From: Lingula anatina
Taxonomy: Eukaryota > Animalia > Brachiopoda
Length of the DNA stretch: 64,000 nucleotides
Direction: 5' to 3'
Assembly: GCA_051362555.1 (NCBI GenBank)
Contig: CM120648.1
Coordinates: 7,064,587 to 7,128,586, forward strand
The notes below the pieces were generated by a model that saw nothing but the letters and a program-made list of their open reading frames with translations, ran no database searches and had not been told where the DNA came from. Positions within the stretch are counted from its first letter, which is position 1. Every line of letters begins with the position of its first letter. Positions 50,332 to 63,638 of the stretch are shown here, in pieces. Made by a program: the position numbers and the translations under genes.

Positions 50332-53300
50332 CGTGTGTGTGCGGGCGATGAAAGTGCATGCAGCATGCAGCACGTAATCATTATGGTGTTATTTGATACA
50401 GCAGCGTTTCAAAATTACTGGATATTATTTCATCTCTCAATATGTAGTATGCTGTAAATTAAACGTTATTAAATTATTAAGCAATGTGTAGATTACCTAT
50501 ATTGACAGCAAAGGTTGCCGAAGACAGATAAATTAAATATGTTTAGACTAACCAGAAAATTTGACAGAATAGTATTTTATGGTTTTTCGAATCAGATTTC
50601 TTCAAACTATTTTATTTCTTCCCAAACATAAGTAGGATAGCAAACCACGGAAACATTGAAAGGAAGCTGTTTATTTTTTAACACATAGAAGCTCAGAAAT
50701 GGCGCTGCTAATAACCCCGCACTGATGGGTGCAATGAATAGCCCGTCTAATTCCGAACTTTAGCTCACATAATAGTAAAAAAATGCTTTTTAAGGTTAGA
50801 ATATAACTTATACCCGAGAGACGGAACTTGCTGTTTTCAAAATCCAGTGACGTCTTACAGCAATATATATTAAATGTAAATCCTTAGCTGTAAGTGCACA
50901 CTAGGTTACCTTGGTTGTTCCAACATTGCAGCCATGCATAATACAAAACCACCTGCTGCTGATACAAATTCTGCTCTGTTTGAAAGCAACACGTTAAAAT
51001 TTAATTCTTAGAGAGATTAGATACATCCCTTTTGGATAGGAAGTACACTTACGTCTGACGGTATAGGTAAACAGTTGAACAGGGCGACTTCAAACGTTAC
51101 AGTTCGTAAATATCAGCGAAATAAAACAGTGTGATCAAGGCGACAGAAAAATTATCGTTCTAATACCTAACATTCTTACAGACGGTAAGTCTGTATGCAG
51201 TCTGATATGTACCCACAAAGACACACTTAAGGTTCACTTTTTGCCCAGCCGAACCGTGTTTTTTTTTTTACTTCAAGATATAGGGCAATGCAAACAAAAC
51301 GCGTGCCCAAATGCATGTGACGTGATTCGAAGTCTAACGTCATTTATGAAAAACAAACACAGCACACCTCATGCCCCTTACCCCAGTGAGTTCACCCTGA
51401 TCTGCGGGTGCTAATGACAACTCTATTGTGTTACGTAGCAGTCAAGTGTGATACAGGTGGCCGCCTAACACCGTGTTATTCAGGGTACAAAAAGGCATTT
51501 ACAAACCTCTTATTTTTTATAGTCAATAACAATCAGAAAGAACTTGAGGTTAATAATGAAAACTGTAATGTAGAACAAAACCGCTAATTGAAACACGATT
51601 TTGTTGTTTTGAATCGATTTTTTTCTACTACATAATCATGTGTTAGGTTGGATGGTTAACATGTCATGGAACCGAAAGGTCCAGCTTAATAAGTGCCATT
51701 TAATTCATAGACAGGTTTCTTTAAATTATTATCATATGTCCTTGTTCTTATTGCCTTTGCTGCAATTTTTAAAAACCTGTTTTTGGTTTTCATGTTGAAA
51801 GATTATAATTAAACCAAGTTCCCAGCAACATAGAAAATAATTATAACGTTACCATAACAGAACAACAGACTTGTGACATAGACAAAGTAGTTATCATGAT
51901 TGAGATAATTATATCTAAATGAGACATTGGCAGTTTATATAACCAAAAAAACGTTACGGTAACCTTACGGTAAAGTTACGGTAACGTCATATAACGTTCT
52001 GTGTTTATTGGGCTGATGGTCTCCCATCAATTTGTTTTTCTCCTTTTCTCATCAACTTTGAACACAGAGATCTTTATACGTATGTGGCTTTCTGTTAGTA
52101 TCTAATGTATAAATAATCATCTCTCATACGTTATTTCTTTTATGATATTAATTTTCTTATTATACTAATGTCACCTGCATAACAACATAGATGGGGCATG
52201 TTTTAACAGTATAAAGTGACCAACGAATAAAGTGACTATAATTTATCCGTCTCCTTTGATAAAAAGTTAAAAGGATGACTGAAGAGATATAGAAACATAA
52301 TCACATAACTGACGTGTATAGATAAGAGTAGACAGTTTTAGAGTTTAACAGACACGATTTACATCAAATCATTATCATCATTTACAGTGCAATGTTTAAA
52401 TGACGTCCTTGGGCAGCTTCGAAATATATTTCAATACACAGCTTGTAAAACTTCTGTCTGCTCTTTTCAATTCATATGCATTTCCATAATATGTTATAAT
52501 TCTGACAGCCGGTTTCTATTTTGAAATTGAATTCAGATAAAGCTATCTGTTGTTTTTTTAAAGCAAACTCACCTGCAATACTGTTGGACTGTGATACATA
52601 TATCAAGTTTCATAATATGTATAATAAAAAAATTAATCGAAGTGGTCAATCTACGTCCGGTTTTTGAAACCCGTAGGACAAAAGTCACAGCCTTGAACTT
52701 TAATTATCAGGTGCGTTTTTTGAAAACCTTACCTGCAGCACGATTGGGCTGGTAAGATACCGGGGTCCGCGATGTCTCCGGCCCACCGCTGTGGTTGCTC
52801 AATAGCGTGATCTGACTGGCGCTAGTGTCTGGGGAGTAGGCAGACGCACGGAACAATCTCTTTACCAAGAGCCTCTTAAAGGAGATCATGGCGTCCACGG
52901 CGCAGATCACACACACAAAAAACAACGCGATCTCCACGATCACTATAAACCCCGCAAAACTGGGTTCTAGTTCATGTGGAAGAAACTGGCATCTTCCTAC
53001 GCTGGGGTAGAGTGTCTTGTCCAAGCCGTAGATCGGGATAAGTGTTATAATGGCCGGAAACAGCCACGTTAGGACGACAATGAATTTAATTGTACTTGAA
53101 TTCCCGAAGTTGTCCACTAAAACATCTCGCTTCCGTAAAAGAAATGTCCGATCTAAACAAATCCAACACACTGACATCAGTTCTATCGCTCGTAGTGATG
53201 TGTTCAACCAAAATAACGCCGAACACCAAGATGGCGTCCATGCTTTGCCTTCCAGAGCGTTGCATTGGACCGGAATGGCGACGATCATCTGTAACATGAC

Positions 53301-53438
53301 TGAGCAGAGTATAGAGATGATATATACATCACAGCTGTAGTAGTCGCCTTGGTAGTGGCGCACCGATACTATGGCTAATATCACCATGATCAGAGTGATT
53401 GGGGTGAAGGTCAACCACAAGATCACCTCCAGCGACAT
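45123..53438 (-). CDS. GPR153/GPR162-like orphan GPCR, ~723 aa; exons 53438-52733, 47530-47406, 46731-46545, 46276-45123
   Basis: Phase-consistent splicing (1,0,1). TM1-5 in exon 1 (WCS...LDRTF, CQFLPHELEPSF...VIC resembling GPR153 CRFIVAEIGLGF...VIC); TM7 LWFLHAEALVVSHILWMASSRYRKAYKVVVFKC resembling GPR153 [32 protein letters not shown]; very short N-terminus and long disordered C-tail. Confidence 0.8.
47500..47810. repeat. Local duplications next to exon 2 of the GPR153-like gene
   Basis: CTGCAGTTGTGACGTAATACTCTAGTGAAT(G/C)ACGTCACATATTACCAGAC at ~47574 and ~47749; TTTTCTACCTT(G/A)CTCTCCTG(A/T)CA(G/A)ACCTA at ~47505 and ~47633. Confidence 0.85.
48740..50272. mobile_element. Foldback-type element with ~578-bp inverted arms (48740-49317 and 49694-50272) and a ~376-bp spacer
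   Basis: Arms are highly similar reverse complements, e.g. AATAAAGGGAACCGGAGAAGATCAGCATTGGTCAG... versus ...CTGACCAATGCTGATCTTCTCCGGTTCCCTTTATT; no transposase ORF. Confidence 0.88.
50297..50341. repeat. (GT)n microsatellite
   Basis: Directly visible. Confidence 0.92.
51821..52012. mobile_element. Non-autonomous element with CCCAGCAA.CA / TGTTTATTGGG termini (EnSpm/CACTA-like of animals)
   Basis: CCC...GGG imperfect TIRs and subterminal AACGTTAC/GGTAAC repeats. Confidence 0.55.
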
Positions 53439-56400
53439 TCTGGGCTATGACAATTAAACCCGTTTACCGTAATATTACCGTAATATTATTGCTTCTACGC
53501 AAACAGTTCATTTTCTCTGTTTGCGGTTGAAGTTCCATGTAAATGAACTACTGTCTATGCTTGCTTTCCTACTACGCGGTAAAATTGCTGTATGCCCTTA
53601 TTTAAAATGTTACGATGTACGAAATGTATACCAATGGCATTTTGTAAATGTTTCATTCAGATTTAATTATCTCAATCATGATAACTACTTTGTCTCTGTC
53701 ATAAGTCTGTTGTTCTGTAAATAATACAATTTGCGACAAAGACTAGCGTTAATATAATCCCACACTGTTTCCACATAATCACATCCATTATTGTAGTTTC
53801 TAACCACACCGAGCGTCAAACAACTGTGAGAATACCTGGCAAGGAAGAATCAATCATTGTCTCTGGCTATCGCCTAGTAATTAACCCTACATCATTATTC
53901 CATTAAAACACGCCGTTGACATTTTCATGGAAGATGAAGAAATGACAGCCCCCGTCTAACGCTCTTAAAGAGTTAACGAATTGGAACAAGGCAGTCACTT
54001 AATCAACCACACTTTATAGACCTTCAAAGGGTATCCTAATGTATTCAAGCCAATCCTGACTTTGTCTGTCTTAAACAGAGGTACTCTTGAACGGAACGGT
54101 GATCTGTTTGCTTAAAATGGACACACTTAATGGTAGATATCAACATGTTACATTCTTTTTTTTTATCTCTTTTCGTATTTGTATCATCATATCCCTTAAA
54201 GGCTGGGTCCTACGTTCGTTGAATCCAATGTTATTGAACTGAGTCTTCTTTGAGCATAGCCGCTTTAAAACAAATCAAAGTTGATGGTAATTAACATGTT
54301 ACACAGAACCGCTCCTCGCAGTGCCCTTGGTTGTTGATTTTAATCGTTGACTTAAGTCAATGAGTCAATACATCGTGTGTGACATATATTCATGGTTTAT
54401 ACGTGCTATAGTCATCCAATCACATAAAATGGATAAGTGCGTTTGGTCTCATATAATCCATAGGTTCTGTTGGAGTCTTAAGGCCTCGCCAGCGTCTCTC
54501 ATGACGAGTTTTCCGATCCGCAAGTGTTGCCATTCAAATAATCCTATTGCTGAGTTTTCCGAATTTTCCCTCTTGTGAATAATATGAAAAAATCAATTCT
54601 TGACCTGCCACGCCTTCTGCTGTATTTGCCACATTTCCATCACGCGATTTTAGACGTCAATTACATATACACCATGATCCGATAAGCTGATTTATATATT
54701 TATTTATTTATTTGATATGATCCTTGAGCATGCTCTGTCATCAAGTTCCGGACTATTTCCTTTCAATATAATCAGAAACGATCAGCAACGGTGATACACA
54801 TATACGCAGCATGATTATTCCAGTTGCTATCAAGAACTGATGTATACTGCTTCTCCAATCCTTCGTAGCAAGATTACTGTTGAAAGAAGCGCGATACATA
54901 ACGGATTCAAAACGACATGGTAACCCTGTTATACGTGTCATGTGCGCAGGCAAATTCTGTAACAATCTAAAGGAGCTTCCGGGCTCCAATCGCTCTTCTT
55001 AACTGGCGTTGATCTGCCCGTGTCCACAATAATGTCAAATATCAGAATCACTGAAATCTATATTGCTCTGATTGAAACACACATATCATATACACCTGTA
55101 TACCTTACGCATAAGCACACAGTCAAATACATGGCAACTGTAAATCATTGTCTCCAACTGACGTTTCGAACACTTCAAGATGTATCGGTTGTATTGCGGG
55201 TAATGAATTATTCGTTTCGGCCTGATTATTTGTCTAGGTTGTAAATGCAGTGGGTTTGAATCTAGTATCTTCGTTCCACTTGTTCACGGTGAATACAGCT
55301 CTTTAAAGAAAAACAGCACTACAAAGTGCAAGCCTCCCACAGTCGTGATTCGAACTCGAATGGCTATGCAGAACTAGCTTCCATATTAGGTATAAGAATA
55401 AACACGCGTAGGTACGTAATAAAATTAATTATAGGTCTATACTTCTATGGTCTATAGAACTATAACCTGTGTATTTCTCAACAAGAGGTACCCGGTACTG
55501 TGCACTGAGACCTGCCACATAAGAAGATCAGTTATTGAAATTGTCATATATATTTTTATACACTTTGGGTAGAAAATTTCGCAGATATTTCACGAGTTCA
55601 TGATTGCGATTTACATTTCCTTTGCATGCTAGGTATCTACGCTGCAGAATAGTTCATTTCGGGTCATTTTGGTATCAGAACCATTCCTCTGATTCCCCAT
55701 TCCTCATAAAGCACACCAAATGAATGAAACGCGCTCAAATAGTTAAGTTCTGCCGTATTTTCAAAAATTCCACTTTTTCATCAACAAATCTGATGCCGAA
55801 ACGTATGGCATCCAACCTGCAAAGACTACGACAGTTCACTGGTACGTCCAACCTCTTTACAGTAAGCATATCAGGCTTTGTGTGGTTAAAGCACACACTA
55901 ACCCAACTATTGCCGTGGGTGATTTCCGCGTTGTGTTTCCACATCTACAACCTGTATATGTAGATATCATAAACGTTATTATTTAACTCTGATGATGAAC
56001 TTTAGAGCTATCTCCTCGTTATTGATTTCTGCTTCGCAGGGGGTAGACAGGAATCTTAAAGGGAAGGCGGTGCAACGCGTAATGTACAGAGGTGCCGAGA
56101 GCGCAGTTATGCGGTTACATGTGGATTTCAGGCTAAGAGATTTTCTACAAAAGAGAAAGAGATTGTGTCATGCAATATCAAACTGACTTTCTTGGGTAGC
56201 GCGGGATTGTCAACATATGAGCCAGCATATTGTCTGGTGGTGACTCATAATCAGTGCAACTTGGGCGTTCTTGTTTGTCAAAGAAACTAGATTTAGCGTT
56301 TTAGCCAACGACTTAATAACTGAATGTCAGATGCTGACAACAAGTGTTAAGGAAGAGCTGTATGGGGAGACTGCAGTATCTTCCTCGTCAACTCTACTGT

Positions 56401-56475
56401 CATGGCGTTACGTGTAAGTTTCCTAGGATTCGCAGCCAGAAAACATGACTTTCATCTCCTAAAATGAATCAAAGA

Positions 56476-56754
56476 CTGCGTTAAGATAAACCCATCGTAC
56501 CAGCTGGATCGATCCAACCGCGAGGGGGGGGGGGGGGGCGGGAATCTTGCTAAAGTGCACTAACTAAAATTTTAGTTTGATACGCCTCTTTAAGTAAAAG
56601 AAATTCCGAGAACCGAGCACGCACGATAAATTATCCCCTTGCTGGTCGAGGAGGCGTGTCAGACAATTAAGCTGATTACATTGACTGCACTAGAGCGAGA
56701 ATCCCCGCAGAGTTGGATCGATTCAGCTAGTAGGGTGGGTTTATCTGAACGCCC
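56476..56754. mobile_element. MITE with ~70-bp imperfect TIRs (PIF/Harbinger-like GGGCG end)
   Basis: GCGTTAAGATAAACCCATCGTACCAGCTGGATCGATCCAAC versus GTTGGATCGATTCAGCTAGTAGGGTGGGTTTATCTGAACGCCC. Confidence 0.75.
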
Positions 56755-57486
56755 TGAAAAATGTGCATCGTTCTAAATGTTATTTTTATAGTCTCTAAAC
56801 CGGTTCTTTAGTAAGGCCTGTCCCTCTATATACATGTACATGCCGTAGATCTGTAAAAAATAAAGATAAAGAACTCACCAGCCCAGCAGTAGCTCACTGC
56901 CGTACACCTTCAAGCCACCTCGGTCTCGTTCTGGGCTGTAGCTTGCACCATCGCTTAATTCATAGTTGAGATACGTCAGAAATAGAAACTCCCCAGAATC
57001 GGGTTTTCTGTGACGTGTGAACGGTCCAAGTGTGGGAAGATTGAGAAGGAATAATAAAGAAAAAACACAATATCCAAGGTCTGTGTTCAGCGGAATCTAT
57101 ATGTCATATAAACCTCTGTCTGATGTCTCTTGGTATCGATCTGATTCACCATGCCTATAGGTGTGTGATCATCAACACATGTGTTTTCAAATCCCCAGGT
57201 TGTCAAGAATCAATATAGAGATAAATATATAATGTCGACGTGAAGTGGGGTCTGTTTTTGTGTTTCTGGTGTATTTCGCTTCGCTTCCTTTTTTATTACA
57301 GTTGCTGAACGTGAACTTGCTTTTCGATTTTTTTATTTTATTTGATTTATTTTATACTTAAAATGTGTATTGTATATAATACACAATACACATAATTAAT
57401 ACATGGATTACACAAGAAAGTGAAAGGACTTATTTCCGTTCTGCTCCATATATGAATGATCACGTGAGTAGGATCAAAGCCGTTTA

Positions 57487-57487
<1 letters not shown>

Positions 57488-57521
<34 letters not shown>

Positions 57522-57532
57522 TTATAATAATA
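57488..57532. repeat. (AAT)n microsatellite
   Basis: Directly visible. Confidence 0.92.
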
Positions 57533-58474
57533 AAACGCAAAAGGCTCTGCCTCTAAACTTATAAGGCGATCAAATAAAAAATGATTGATTATACGTTTTT
57601 AACTGGCACATTTTATATGGCTGGGAAGCTCGAGTAATTAAAGGATGTTTTTCCAAAAGATTTGGCAGAGGGTAACTGAACTGCACTTGACTTAAGATTT
57701 GAGAAAAAGGCTAGAATCACAATTTGTAGGGAGAAAAGATTCGTCAAAAAAGTTTGTTTTGTGGATTAACATCAAATAAATATTAAGCACCTTAGGACAA
57801 AATATAAAGAAACTAACAACAATCAATCGATCATATCCGGGCATCTTGGGTATTTTACGGTTGCCAGAGTTAATGAAATTACGGATATGGGGTATTTAGT
57901 ATAACTACGATGAATGGGTTAATTTAGATTGTGAGAAAACAGATTTACAGGGTGTCAGTAAAGGTACTTTTTAAATACTCATCCAAATGTGGTACAAGGA
58001 GGACACACATTACATATTGAAAGAACTCAATATCTGAAAGCAAATAGAAATCTGCCATTGGAACCAGCAAAAACCTTACTTGTTTCACCAGTATTGTTGA
58101 AAGGTGTGTTCTGACCCCCCCCCCTCCCTTCAACCAGCATGCCCCACACTCACACTCAAAAACACATGCGTCTATGCATTAATTGTGACTATAACAAAAC
58201 AGAGAACTCATACCCTTTGATCATATAATGTGCTTCTACCGTGGCAGGCTGATAGGGCGATCACTGAATTGTTACCAAGGTAACGTGTACTTCCCATTAC
58301 TTAGGCGCGTTGGCAACGAAGTCCGGTTCATTCATACAGCTTCATAAAGGCGTAATGGATGCGATTCCTCGTGCTCTGCTCTGGTACATGTACAACCTCA
58401 GTCGTAACGACACTGTGAAATTTGCTACTATTGTGTAAGAGTTATATAACGTGTATCATGCATCTAAGGTCTCG

Positions 58475-58581
58475 GTGTGTGTGCGTGTGTGTGTATGTGT
58501 GTGTGTGTGCGTGTGTGTGTGTGAAAGAATAACAGGGATAGACTTTGTCTTCAATCTGTTGGTTTTTATATATGTATTTAT

Positions 58582-58643
<62 letters not shown>
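58475..58643. repeat. (GT)n and (GA)n microsatellites
   Basis: Directly visible. Confidence 0.92.
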
Positions 58644-58645
<2 letters not shown>

Positions 58646-58946
58646 TTGGATCCACCTTTGAATATTCATGATTGATAAAGGTTAATTGGTCTTAAAATCT
58701 TCACGTGCGTTTTCAGCTATATAGTAACTGTGTTAGTTCGGCAACCGTAATTGTGCCGTTTCAACTGTAGCATTTACGCTCTGGAAAAGACGCGTTTTGT
58801 ATAGCAACGACGATAAGTTGGACGTTTCATTTATTCACAATTTCTCTTTTTTTTCATATGAACACAATCATTTCTACTCTTTGTCTCTGTTTTGACCACA
58901 CGTTTACTTTTACGTGTGTAAATTTTATCTGTTTCTGATTACAATT

Positions 58947-58980
<34 letters not shown>

Positions 58981-59184
58981 AAATAAATAAATGAATAAAA
59001 GAAAAGAAAACAGAGACACTCTAAGGTACTGTATCATACATATACTGCATTGTAAGCAATACCACAGTTGCATAGTCCTTAAATATAAATCCGTTTATCT
59101 ACCCTTTTATTTTTTGTAGAAGGCACTTGATTCCATTACATCATTTTAAAGACTAAATAAAAGACTAAATACAACCCCAATACG

Positions 59185-61756
59185 TTAGTACGGTGGCATC
59201 GTACATTGTAAGTTAAACATGGGTTTTACCCCAACTATGAGCTCAGTAAATATGTTTATCATGGTAGACGTAACACACTCTTCGTTGGAAGTCGAACCCG
59301 ACAACGCAGATACGCTTCTCCGCTTGACTTCAAGGTGAGCGTCTGGTTTGGTCTCATCATCTTGAACGCGAGACGCCTCTTGCCCCATAGTTTCCAGCGC
59401 GCTCAGCCACACTGCCGTGGGATCAACTTTGCCTGCGTCCCCATCGCGACGCAAATCTGGACCATGAAAAAAAGAACAAATGTTGTAAGAGATAAAAATA
59501 ATATGTCCAAAGGAAATTTCAGTTGGTTTACATCCGTAGTACACTTTTCCTTAAGCTGTTTGCATACTGACTACTTCTCTTCTGCCTGGATAATTGATTA
59601 TTTCTACATAAAATCCAATGAAGTTACACGAGCATTTGACGCAATTAGTATCTCAATGTAGCATCTTTAGTTAGCAATTAAGCTTGGTAGTATATATACC
59701 ATCGCAATGTCACTGTCGTAATTAAATTGACAACCATAGAACAAGGAGAACAAGGGCCATTCCAGAATACGCCATCAAAACACAACAAATTACACAAAAA
59801 CGATGCCTTGCAATAATTGTTCTGCAAATTTCTAAATTATTCTCATCACCTAAAATGGTAAGATGGCCAGCAGACTCTTTCAAGAAGAGTCAAAATACAC
59901 GCCTGACCCACACCCTCCCCCCCCCCTCCCCCCCCACCCCCCCCCCCACCCCCACCACTCCCGTTGCACCACCACCACCAGACATTAAAATGTTTTGAAA
60001 AAAGAATATTCACATTAATAATATGTATATATCTTACCGCCCACATTTCTCTTTTTCCTCCCAAAGCCGGGGACTCCGGGGATGCCGTCTGGAAGACCCG
60101 ACGACAGCCCAACAAAGACGCACGCGTTGGCAACACACGCATAGTTGGGTATCACTACCCGGAACTCAATAGTGTTACTGCAGATATAGAACACCAGCGG
60201 CTGGGAGGCAAACGGCAAAAGAAACATAAGGAGTTAATAACATAATAAGCACTGGATTCATTGCAACACTGTCTAACGATCTCGTTGAATGCATGTATTT
60301 CTTTGATTTTCTCCCCAAGGAAATTTTTTTTTTTATTATTTTATTTTTTTTTAACTGAGGAAAATTCGTTTTGGCGGGAAAATCTAGTATTAGCAAAGAT
60401 ACTATGCACTCACTGTTAGAAAGTCTTTGAGGGTGGTATCTATATTCCAGTAAGTTAACCCAACGCAGTCGTAGGGTCGGAAAGCACATTCAGCACTTGA
60501 AGTACAGGCACTGCCTTGGACTGTAAATACAATATTATTAAATAGATCAACAACAAATCGAATGGATGAGAGAGTAGATAGATAGATAGATATTATTTTT
60601 TTGGCTTTTGACTAAACGAACCTTTGGTTACACAGCTGTACAACAAAAGGTAAATGCATAAAAAAAAGCTAAACAACAATAATAACAGAAGGTAGTCAGT
60701 ATAGAAATGGAAAGGCTAAATGCACAAAATTGTTTACATAGGTTGTCCCGCCTTCAAGCCCATGTGCTTTTGTTGACTACCTAAGGACTATAGGAAATAC
60801 TGTAAGGAATATATAACAATAAATGTAAATGGCAATGAAAGTAATGGTGGGGTGGATATTCGGACTTAAAAGAAATCTCCGAGCGCATGCAAAGCCCCTG
60901 TCAAAGGGAAATTCATTTTGGTCCATTACCGCTTTAATGACTGGTCAGAACCAGTTGTTAAAATGTTAACGTCCTCCATAGATCACATTATTATCGCATT
61001 ACAGTGGATGGGATGAGGTGCCATTATTAAATCAGTGGTGCACAACTCATTTGATACGCTTATTTTCTGTTATCAAGGGGGTAATATCCATGTCAAACGT
61101 GGGACCGCTCGGGGGGGGGGGGGGGGGGGGGGGGGCGTTAATGATCGCCAGCCCATCTGAAGCGTGAAACAATGTATTATCAACTGAGCATAATGCTTGG
61201 TTCTTCGCAACCTCTGTGTGTGTGTGTGTGTGTCAAAGAGAGAAAGAGAGAGAGAGGGGAGGGGGGCTTATGTACTGGTACAGTTATTACAACAACACCA
61301 GAGAGATATTCAGTGTTGACTTACTTGGTGTGCACCCTGATCCTGGAGGTGATGTTGGGACTGTGGTCATCGGACACAAGCATACTTGGTATGATAAGGA
61401 AGCGAAGAAGAAAAGGAAGTTCCTGACGCACAGTGTGTTGTCCGCACATTGCCTGGGCAAAATCAACGCGGTCGTGGAGTTGGTTTCAGGGCCAACACAA
61501 GGCCGGAACAACCCGGTCCCTGTTGTGTCATCTAATGGCCCTGCAAAAAGACAATATTTAAAAGAACATAAGTAGGCCTTATATATAAATACCACGTGGG
61601 AATGCACAAACGAACGAATAAATCGGGTAATTAGTAAATAAGTGAATATGCATGACCTAGAGAGAGCATGAATGAAAATATCGAATTCTGGAGCAAGACT
61701 CGGACTCTCATGCTGCGGACAATCCGCTACTTACCGCCAGAAATAGGGATGAGCAT
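59185..61756 (-). CDS. Uncharacterised cysteine-rich protein with an RKKR site; exons 61756-61735 (uncertain), 61540-61325, 60520-60414, 60200-60038, 59456-59185
   Basis: Strong donors (GTAAGT, GTAAGT, GTGAGT, GTAAGA) and pyrimidine-rich acceptors join in frame (phases 1,1,0,1) into an open ~259-aa protein with 12 Cys before PGFGRKKR. The true N-terminus may lie further upstream. Confidence 0.7.
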
Positions 61757-62568
61757 ATTTTTATACTATCTCCTTCGGGCCGTCAAAATCTCTAGCTGTT
61801 TAAAGATGCACCTCGGGAAAATGGCCTCGAGAAAATACTACAACAAAACGAATGATTTCATGATATATACACACACAGATATATTTTGACAAAAGAACAT
61901 AATATGACACAAAATATACAGATATTTAACCCATAGAGTGTCTTTAATTTCCCATGCTGACGTCACAAGCGCTGTGCTGTGAATAACAGAAAACTGCCGG
62001 ATGTAATAAAGGTTTTCAGAATATTCGGTAAAGTTAACAAAAACACCGAGTGAAAATATACTTTCGAATCACGTCACGTGATTCGCAAGTAACAAGAGGA
62101 ATACATGCATGTCGGGATAGATGTCGAATTCGCTGAACTATAATACTTTGGCGGGGGGAGTGGGGTCGAACGAACTGTCTTTTTATAACTGAAAGCCCAG
62201 TGGAGTAAGTAGTTACTCGATCTTTTCAACAGAGGAAAATGGTGAATCTCACAGATACTGTTTATTTTAAGTCATAATCCCTTAACATTAGAAAACTCCT
62301 ATTCAGTGGTAGCAAAATCCTTTTGAAAGCAGGCTACTCTATAGTTCTATTCTGCGTAGTAAATTGACAATTTTTGTCCATTAAAAAGATCGAGTATTTA
62401 CCGTAATTTACTCTTTACCTCAGACAACTCGTTCCCTTTCTGTCCGATATGCCCCACACACACTCCTGGAGTATTTCAAATTCATATACCCACTGGTCGA
62501 TATAGCTTTTTTCTATAAGATCTCTTATAGGCTGTCCTAATCGGATTTCAGAATGACAGAAGAAATTC

Positions 62569-62744
62569 CCGGTGTAACGAAACTGAGGGTCCGTGTAACA
62601 GAAAGTCTGCCCTCCATATAGTTATAATGGTTAGGGTTAGCCTGACCTAAGTGGGTCAAAATCTAGAGCGAGGCTTACCTGTACAAATCAATGAATGGAA
62701 AGCGGACTCCAGGTTATGGGGTGCTCTCTGTCAGGTTACACCGG
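62569..62744. mobile_element. MITE copy A with CCGGTGTAAC TIRs
   Basis: Starts CCGGTGTAACG, ends GGTTACACCGG; inverted homolog of 63465-63638. Confidence 0.75.
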
Positions 62745-63335
62745 CTTAATTTTCTCGGTATGTTGGGATACCAGGACCCCATCATAATTAAGGTACCATG
62801 TCTAATGGCGATTTTAATCTTTCGCTTTCCACAGTCAATTTAGTTCTTTTTCTATAATGAAGCTAATTAGGAACAGTTGGAAGTCCACATTTAGTTCAAA
62901 CATAGTTCGACCATTTCAGGCGTGCAATGCCTATAATTAAAATACAATTATAATCAAAATGCGAATCTCTTTCACTAGATATTAAAACGAAGAGAGATAA
63001 AGGCAGAAAAGCGCCTGTCTCGGTCACTGTCCAGTTTTGGGGTAGAAAACTGAGACCTGCCAAAGCCATAGATGGATTTATCATTAGACATTCACAGATA
63101 TGTCTCTGGTATATTCGTGGTGATTTTTAATATACTGTACTGTAATGTACTGTACTGTGCTGTACTGCGAGATTTTTTTTTATTTTGCAAGGGATTCATG
63201 TCTTCCCTCAGCCGACCTCAAGTAGGCCTACAAAATAGGTATTTGGATCATGTTAAGGCACTGTCACTGTCACACCTAGCGTAGAGCATCAGCGTTTAAG
63301 GAAAATCGTGTGAGCCTAAAGGAGCTCTGGAAACG

Positions 63336-63638
63336 CCGGTGTGACAGGAATCGTGGTCCTCTAGGAACCTAGTCCGGTCCCCATTACTTTGTACCGGTGA
63401 CACTGGTCCCATACACTGACCCCGACTTACCCTAACCTGTACTGTGCGTATGGGAGCCAGGTGTCATGTACCAGAAAGTCCCCCATAACAGAGAGTCCGC
63501 CTTCCATTCATTTGTACAGGTGAGCCTCGCCCTAGATTTTGACCCACTTAGGTCAAACTAACCCCAACCATTATAACTATATGGATCGGATCGAGGGTGG
63601 ACTTTCTGTCACACGGACCCTCAGTTTCGTGACACCGG
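63336..63638. mobile_element. MITE copy B with CCGGTGT(G/C)AC TIRs, inverted relative to copy A
   Basis: Starts CCGGTGTGAC, ends GTGACACCGG; shares ~175 bp with 62569-62744; a core fragment GATTTTGACCCACTT also occurs near 48427. Confidence 0.75.

Noticed and set aside
62896-63084. ORF considered as the signal-peptide exon of the Cys-rich gene
   Set aside because: No convincing signal peptide or in-phase donor found.
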